From Myxococcota bacterium (lineage in GTDB: Bacteria; Myxococcota_A; UBA9160; JAFDDA01), in the NCBI GenBank assembly GCA_965228475.1, contig OZ245817.1, forward strand, positions 96,001-160,000: a stretch of DNA of 64,000 bases, read 5' to 3'. The position numbers were made by a program, and so were the translations under genes. The notes under the pieces are model-generated. The model was not told the origin of the DNA, ran no database searches, and worked only from the letters and a program-made list of their open reading frames with translations. Positions 59,148 through 64,000 of the stretch are shown piece by piece (the first letter of the stretch is position 1; each line of letters starts with the position of its first letter).

Positions 59148-59960
59148 GTGGAAATCATGGCGCTCACGAATGCTCTCAACCTCAATCTTCCGGCCTGGGT
59201 CCGCCCGGGCTGGCTGGCGATCGCAGCGGTCCTGTTGCTCGCGCCCGGGGCCGCCCAGGCGATGCCGATCCAGGTCGGCGAGAACGACGACACGGATTGT
59301 CTGACCCGCCAGACCGTCGACGGCCGCGCGGTCCACGACCCGGTGAACGGGAACTTCTGGGCCCGCCACGACACCTTCACGATCATCGGTGGCGACAGCT
59401 GCTTCAGCGCCAGCTTCGACGGCCTGAGCATCGTGGTGAAGACGCCTTTCCAGCTCGACGGGCCGGACGACATCGACGGCTTCGCCGAGTACGCCGTCCT
59501 CGACGCCGAGCTCGAAGGCCTCTACCCGAACTTCCACGAGAACTTCGGCGCCAACTTCGGCATGGACACGGGCGCCAACGACCCGCCGCTGATCGGCCCC
59601 GAGGGCGCCTTCGAGTCCGTTTTTGCCTGCGTCGACGCGGCGAGCATCGACGACTGCCTGAACAACGGCCCCCTGATCGAGCTCTTCGACGTCGGCGGTG
59701 GCTTCATGGTGTTCTCGATCGGAGGCCTGCAGAGCCGCTTCATCTGCGACCCGGGCGAGTGCACCAACAACTTCTCGTTCACCATCACGTCGATCGTCCA
59801 CAGCAACATCTTCGACGCCCCGGGCGCTCCGCCGCTCGACCAGGTGCCGATCCCGGAGATGATGATCGGCTGGCGCTTCACCCAGGTCGTGCCGGAGCCG
59901 AGCCTGCTGGCCCTGCTCGCGCCCATGCTCGGCGCGGTGGCCCTGCGGCGGCGCCGCTAG
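59148..59960 (+). CDS. PEP-CTERM sorting domain protein
   Basis: Signal peptide (AQA-MPI); C-terminal VPEPSLLALLAPMLGAVALRRRR. Confidence 0.9.
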   Translation: MEIMALTNALNLNLPAWVRPGWLAIAAVLLLAPGAAQAMPIQVGENDDTDCLTRQTVDGRAVHDPVNGNFWARHDTFTIIGGDSCFSASFDGLSIVVKTPFQLDGPDDIDGFAEYAVLDAELEGLYPNFHENFGANFGMDTGANDPPLIGPEGAFESVFACVDAASIDDCLNNGPLIELFDVGGGFMVFSIGGLQSRFICDPGECTNNFSFTITSIVHSNIFDAPGAPPLDQVPIPEMMIGWRFTQVVPEPSLLALLAPMLGAVALRRRR

Positions 59961-59999
59961 ACCCAAGGGCGGGGGCCAACGCCCCCTGCACCCCAGCTC

Positions 60000-60035
60000 G
60001 AAGAGCGGGTGAGGCTTCGGCCCCACCCGCTTTTT
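60000..60035 (+). terminator. Rho-independent terminator
   Basis: agcgggtgaggc-ttcg-gccccacccgct followed by a T-run. Confidence 0.8.
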
Positions 60036-60169
60036 CGTTCAGTGTTCTCGAAGGTTTCCGTTGCGGCGACGAACGGTGTTCGTCAAATTGCCGATCCCCC
60101 AGGTAACCCGATGGTTGCACTCGTGAGCACCCCGCTCGCAGCGCGCCGCCGGGTGGCGGGGGTTCCTCT

Positions 60170-61393
60170 TTGTCTCAGGTCGTATCGTCCACGGTTGCCA
60201 GCGCGGCTCGTGAGCTCGTCGCTGCGCGGCGGGTGCTGTGGGTCGGGGAGCCGCCGGTCTGGCAGGCGGCTCCGGCGCGCGGGGGCGTCGCCGACTCGGC
60301 AGCCCTGGATCTCGTCGTGGTCGACTTCGCCGGCGCGGAGGCCGGCCTCGACGCGGGCTTCGGCCTCGCGGTCGCGAATCTCTCGCGCGACGCGGAGGCG
60401 CGGCTCGAGGGCGTGCGCCGCTGGCGCCGGACCCACCCCCAGGTTGCCTGGCTGGCTCTCGTCGGCGAGGAGCCGATGGTCTCCGAGGAGCTCATGCTGC
60501 GCGCCGGGGTCGAGGAGATCCTCTTCGAGGACGAAGTCGCTCGCGGGCTCGGCCGGGCGGTCCGCCGCGCCCTGGCGCGCGCCGAGGCCCGGCCCGTCGC
60601 ACGCCCCCTCGATTGGGAGAGCCTGCCGCTGAAGGCGACCCGTCTGACGTCGCTCGGCACGGTCGCCGCCGGCGTCGCCCACGAGATCAACAACCCGCTG
60701 GCCTACATCCGCTCGAACCTCGAGTACATCCGCGAAGAGTTCTCGGGGATCGAGGAGCGCTTCGCCCGGCTGGTGAAGCGCTTCCCGAACGTCGCGGCCT
60801 CGGCCACGGGCTTCCCGAATCTGACGGAGCAGCTCGCCGAGCTGCGCACCGCCATGGACGAGGCCAACGAGGGCGTGACCCGCGTGACGGACGTCGTCGG
60901 CGGCCTGAAGCACTTCTCGAGCCGCCCGCAGACCCGGGTGGCCGAACTTTGCCCGGCGGAGGTCGCTCGCTCGTCTCTGCGCATCGCATCGCGAACGGTC
61001 TCCGACCGGGCTCACTTCGAAACGCGCCTCGGCCCGGTGCCCGCCGTGCGCGGCAGCGAGGCGTACCTCGGCCAGGTGGTCCTGAACCTCCTGGTGAACG
61101 CCGCCCAGGCCATCCCCGAGGACGCGGCGGACGACGCGGCCTACCGGGTCTCACTCGCCACCTACCGCGCCTGCGACGGTCACGCCGTGATCGAGGTCAG
61201 CGACACCGGGCCGGGCATGAGTGCCGAGGTCTCCGAGAAGATCTTCGAGCCCTTCTTCACGACCAAGCCGGACGGCACGGGCCTCGGCCTCGCCGTCTCG
61301 CGCCAGGTCGTCGAGGCGTTCGGCGGAGAGCTGACGGTCGAGTCCGAACTCGGGGCCGGCAGCACGTTCCGCGTGAAGCTCCCGCCGGCGTAG
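60170..61393 (+). CDS. Cytoplasmic sensor histidine kinase with degenerate REC-like N-terminus
   Basis: [12 protein letters not shown]-box, [32 protein letters not shown]; start uncertain. Confidence 0.88.
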   Translation: MSQVVSSTVASAARELVAARRVLWVGEPPVWQAAPARGGVADSAALDLVVVDFAGAEAGLDAGFGLAVANLSRDAEARLEGVRRWRRTHPQVAWLALVGEEPMVSEELMLRAGVEEILFEDEVARGLGRAVRRALARAEARPVARPLDWESLPLKATRLTSLGTVAAGVAHEINNPLAYIRSNLEYIREEFSGIEERFARLVKRFPNVAASATGFPNLTEQLAELRTAMDEANEGVTRVTDVVGGLKHFSSRPQTRVAELCPAEVARSSLRIASRTVSDRAHFETRLGPVPAVRGSEAYLGQVVLNLLVNAAQAIPEDAADDAAYRVSLATYRACDGHAVIEVSDTGPGMSAEVSEKIFEPFFTTKPDGTGLGLAVSRQVVEAFGGELTVESELGAGSTFRVKLPPA

Positions 61394-61434
61394 CCGAGAG
61401 CGGCGCCGCGCGACCGTTCCGCTATCTCCTCCCC

Positions 61435-62823
61435 ATGGAAGTCTCGAGCGTTCGCAGCCTGTTCGCGTCCGGCGCCGAAGGGGCCGAGGTGGTCATCGAA
61501 GGGTGGCTCCGGACCGCGCGCCATGGGAAGGAAGTCACCTTCCTCGCCGTCTCCGACGGTTCGTGCTTCGACCCGATCCAGGTCGTCGTGGCACCCGAGG
61601 TGTTCGAGGCCGATCCCTCGATCCGGGAGCTCGGGAACGGCTGCGCGGTGCGCGTGGAGGGCACGCTCGTCGCGTCGCCCGGCAAGGGGCAGGCCGTCGA
61701 GATCCAGGCCAGCCGGGTGGAGACCGTCGGCGGCGTCGACGACGACTACCCGCTCCAGAAGAAGCGACACTCCTTCGAGTACCTGCGCACCATCGCCCAT
61801 CTCCGGCCGCGCACGAACACCTTCGGCGCGGTCTTCCGCGTGCGCAACGCGGCGGCGCGCGCGATCCACGGCTTCTTCCAGGAGCGCGGCTTCCAGTGGC
61901 TGCACTCGCCGATCATCACGCTCTCGGATGCCGAGGGCGCCGGGCAGATGTTCCGCGTGACGAGCCTCCCGGCCGACGACCCGCCGCGCAGCGAGGACGG
62001 CGGCGTCGATTTCGGCCAGGATTTCTTCGGCGCGGAGTCCCACCTGACGGTGTCGGGCCAGCTCGAGGCCGAGATCGGCGCGCTCGCGCTCTCGAAGGTC
62101 TACACGTTCGGGCCGACCTTCCGCGCCGAGAACTCGAACACGAGCCGCCACCTCGCCGAGTTCTGGATGGTCGAGCCGGAGATGGCCTTCTGCGATCTCA
62201 CCGGCGACATGGATCTCGCCGAGGCGTTCCTGAAGCACGTGCTCTCGGCGGTGCTCGCCGATTGCCCGGACGACATGGCCTTCTTCGACCAGCGCATCGC
62301 CAAGGGTATCCGCGAGACGCTCGAGCACGTCGTCGCCTCACCCTTCGAGCGCCTCACCTACACCGAAGCCGTCGCGATCCTCGAGAAGAGCGGGCGCGAC
62401 TTCGAGTTCCCGGTCTCCTGGGGCGTCGACCTCCAGAGCGAGCACGAGCGCTACCTGACCGAGGAGCACGTCGGCCGTCCGGTGATCCTCTCGGACTACC
62501 CGAGCGCGATCAAAGCCTTCTACATGTACGCGAACGACGACGGGAAGACCGTCGCGGCGATGGACGTGCTCGTGCCGCGCATCGGGGAGATCGTCGGCGG
62601 CTCCCAGCGAGAGCACCGCGAGGACGTCCTGCGGCGCCGCATTCGCGAGCACGGGCTCCCCGAGGAGGACTACGGCTGGTACCTGGATCTCCGCCGTTTC
62701 GGCAGCGTGCCCCACGCCGGCTTCGGCCTGGGCTTCGAGCGGCTCGTCCAGTTCATGACGGGGATGGCGAACATCCGCGACGTGATCCCCTTCCCCCGCA
62801 CCCCGGGCAACGCCGAGTTCTAG
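61435..62823 (+). CDS. asnS: Asparagine--tRNA ligase
   Basis: [55 protein letters not shown]. Confidence 0.97.
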   Translation: MEVSSVRSLFASGAEGAEVVIEGWLRTARHGKEVTFLAVSDGSCFDPIQVVVAPEVFEADPSIRELGNGCAVRVEGTLVASPGKGQAVEIQASRVETVGGVDDDYPLQKKRHSFEYLRTIAHLRPRTNTFGAVFRVRNAAARAIHGFFQERGFQWLHSPIITLSDAEGAGQMFRVTSLPADDPPRSEDGGVDFGQDFFGAESHLTVSGQLEAEIGALALSKVYTFGPTFRAENSNTSRHLAEFWMVEPEMAFCDLTGDMDLAEAFLKHVLSAVLADCPDDMAFFDQRIAKGIRETLEHVVASPFERLTYTEAVAILEKSGRDFEFPVSWGVDLQSEHERYLTEEHVGRPVILSDYPSAIKAFYMYANDDGKTVAAMDVLVPRIGEIVGGSQREHREDVLRRRIREHGLPEEDYGWYLDLRRFGSVPHAGFGLGFERLVQFMTGMANIRDVIPFPRTPGNAEF

Positions 62824-63422
62824 GACGCTTCGAGAGCTGCGCGGACGAGGGGGAGCCGGTCGTTTCCGAAGTACATGTCGGCGCCGTCGACGAACATCGT
62901 CGGTGAGCCGAAGCCGCCGCGGGCGATCAGCTCGTCGGTGTTCGCGCGGAGCCGCTGCTTGATCTCCGGCGTGGCGATGGCGGCCAAGGTCTCCGCCGGG
63001 TCGAGCCCGACCCGCTCGGCGAGCGCCGCGATCTCCGCATCCTGGGAGACGTCGCGGTCCTCGCCCCAGTACGCCTCGAAGGCGGCGCGCGACCACGCGA
63101 CGAGCTTGCCGTGGGGCTCCGCGGCGAGCGCGCCGCGCATGACCTTCACGCTGTTCACGGGGAAGACGCTCGGCCAGCCGATCTCGAGGCCGTAGCGCCG
63201 CGCCCAGTCCTGCAGGTCCTTGGCGTGGTACGCGAGCTTCGCCGGGACCGGCGCCGAGCGCTGCTCGTAGACGCTCCCGTTCACGGCGTTGAAGACGCCG
63301 CCGACGAGGATCGGCTTCCAGGCGAACTCTGCCCCGGTCTCCCGGGCGAGGCCTTCGATCCGATCGAATGCGAGGTAGGTCCAGGGGCTGCCGCAGTCGT
63401 AGAAGAACTCGAGCGTCGCCAC
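62820..63422 (-). CDS. 2-hydroxychromene-2-carboxylate isomerase (DsbA/GST-kappa family)
   Basis: [37 protein letters not shown]. Confidence 0.9.
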   Translation of the reverse strand: MATLEFFYDCGSPWTYLAFDRIEGLARETGAEFAWKPILVGGVFNAVNGSVYEQRSAPVPAKLAYHAKDLQDWARRYGLEIGWPSVFPVNSVKVMRGALAAEPHGKLVAWSRAAFEAYWGEDRDVSQDAEIAALAERVGLDPAETLAAIATPEIKQRLRANTDELIARGGFGSPTMFVDGADMYFGNDRLPLVRAALEAS

Positions 63423-63434
63423 GCGGCGCCCGGG

Positions 63435-63686
63435 CTACTTCTTGGCGCGGCTGCCGTAGCGGCGCTTGAAGCGGTCGATCTTCCCGTCCGCATCGAGCGA
63501 GCGCATCTTGCCCGTCCAGAACGGGTGGCTCTCGGCGGAGATCTCGAGCTTGATCACCGGCAGCGTCTCGCCGTCGACCTCACGCGTCTCGGCCGAGGTG
63601 AGCGTCGAGCGCGAAACCCACTCGTTGCCCGTCGCCGAATCGACGTAGAGCACCTTGTGGTAATCGGGGTGGATGCCTTCCTTCAT
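63435..63686 (-). CDS. rpmE2: 50S ribosomal protein L31 type B (Zn-free)
   Basis: MKEGIHPDY..., EISAESHPFWTG, G.IDRFKRRY; no CxC/CxxC. Confidence 0.92.
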   Translation of the reverse strand: MKEGIHPDYHKVLYVDSATGNEWVSRSTLTSAETREVDGETLPVIKLEISAESHPFWTGKMRSLDADGKIDRFKRRYGSRAKK

Positions 63687-63696
63687 GGTGGGCTCC

Positions 63697-64000
63697 CTAC
63701 CAGCTCGACTTGCGCACGCCGGGCAGGTGCCCCTTGTGCGCGAGTTCGCGCATCTTGATGCGCGAGATGCCGTACTTGCGGTACACGCCGCGGGCGCGCC
63801 CGGTGAGCTCGCAGCGGCGCGTGATGCGCGTGGAGCAGGAGTTGCGCGGCAGCTTGGCAAAGCCTTCCTGGGCCGCGAGTTTCTCGTCGATCGACGTGTT
63901 CGGGTCGCGCAGGATGCGGCGCAGCGCGGCGCGCTTCTCCGCATACTTGTCGACGAGCTTCCGACGGCGCAGATCGCGCTGTACCTGACTGGTCTTCGCC
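63697..64000 (-). CDS. rpsN: 30S ribosomal protein S14, long Zn-free form (start codon at window edge)
   Basis: Not in the ORF track; minus frame reads [23 protein letters not shown]...[44 protein letters not shown]. Confidence 0.95.
   Translation of the reverse strand, partial: AKTSQVQRDLRRRKLVDKYAEKRAALRRILRDPNTSIDEKLAAQEGFAKLPRNSCSTRITRRCELTGRARGVYRKYGISRIKMRELAHKGHLPGVRKSSW

Noticed and set aside
60036..60169. Riboswitch in the leader of the histidine kinase
   Set aside because: No recognisable conserved riboswitch core such as the c-di-GMP-I motif

Overview
A GC-rich, densely coding bacterial chromosome segment. The gene content (DUF3604, CehA/McbA PHP hydrolase, F420-type LLM, steroid side-chain genes, PEP-CTERM protein) suggests a Myxococcota/Deltaproteobacteria-like organism, which is inference only. 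In order it holds: the end of an aromatic-catabolism operon; surface-polysaccharide modification genes; a run of about 11 small detox/stress genes; three tRNA-Ser; a TonB protein and ZnuD-like receptor; DAHP synthase; an igr-like steroid/lipid cluster with P450, thiolase and alkB-GntR; tRNA-Arg(GCG) followed by a small islet; a PAS-GAF protein with degenerate GGDEF; a lipoprotein with animal-PAD-type protein-arginine deiminase motifs; housekeeping and lipoprotein genes; a sigma54 operon of pseudokinase, NtrC-type activator and pspA; a TPR/barrel-FecR-CHASE2 cyclase module divergent from a PEP-CTERM gene; asnS; and Zn-free L31/S14. I saw no integrase, transposase or CRISPR array. The best candidates for undescribed biology are the pseudokinase-bEBP-PspA module, the minimal lipoprotein PAD, the trans-envelope cAMP module and two tRNA-end scars. 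All family calls come from motif recognition by eye, not database searches.
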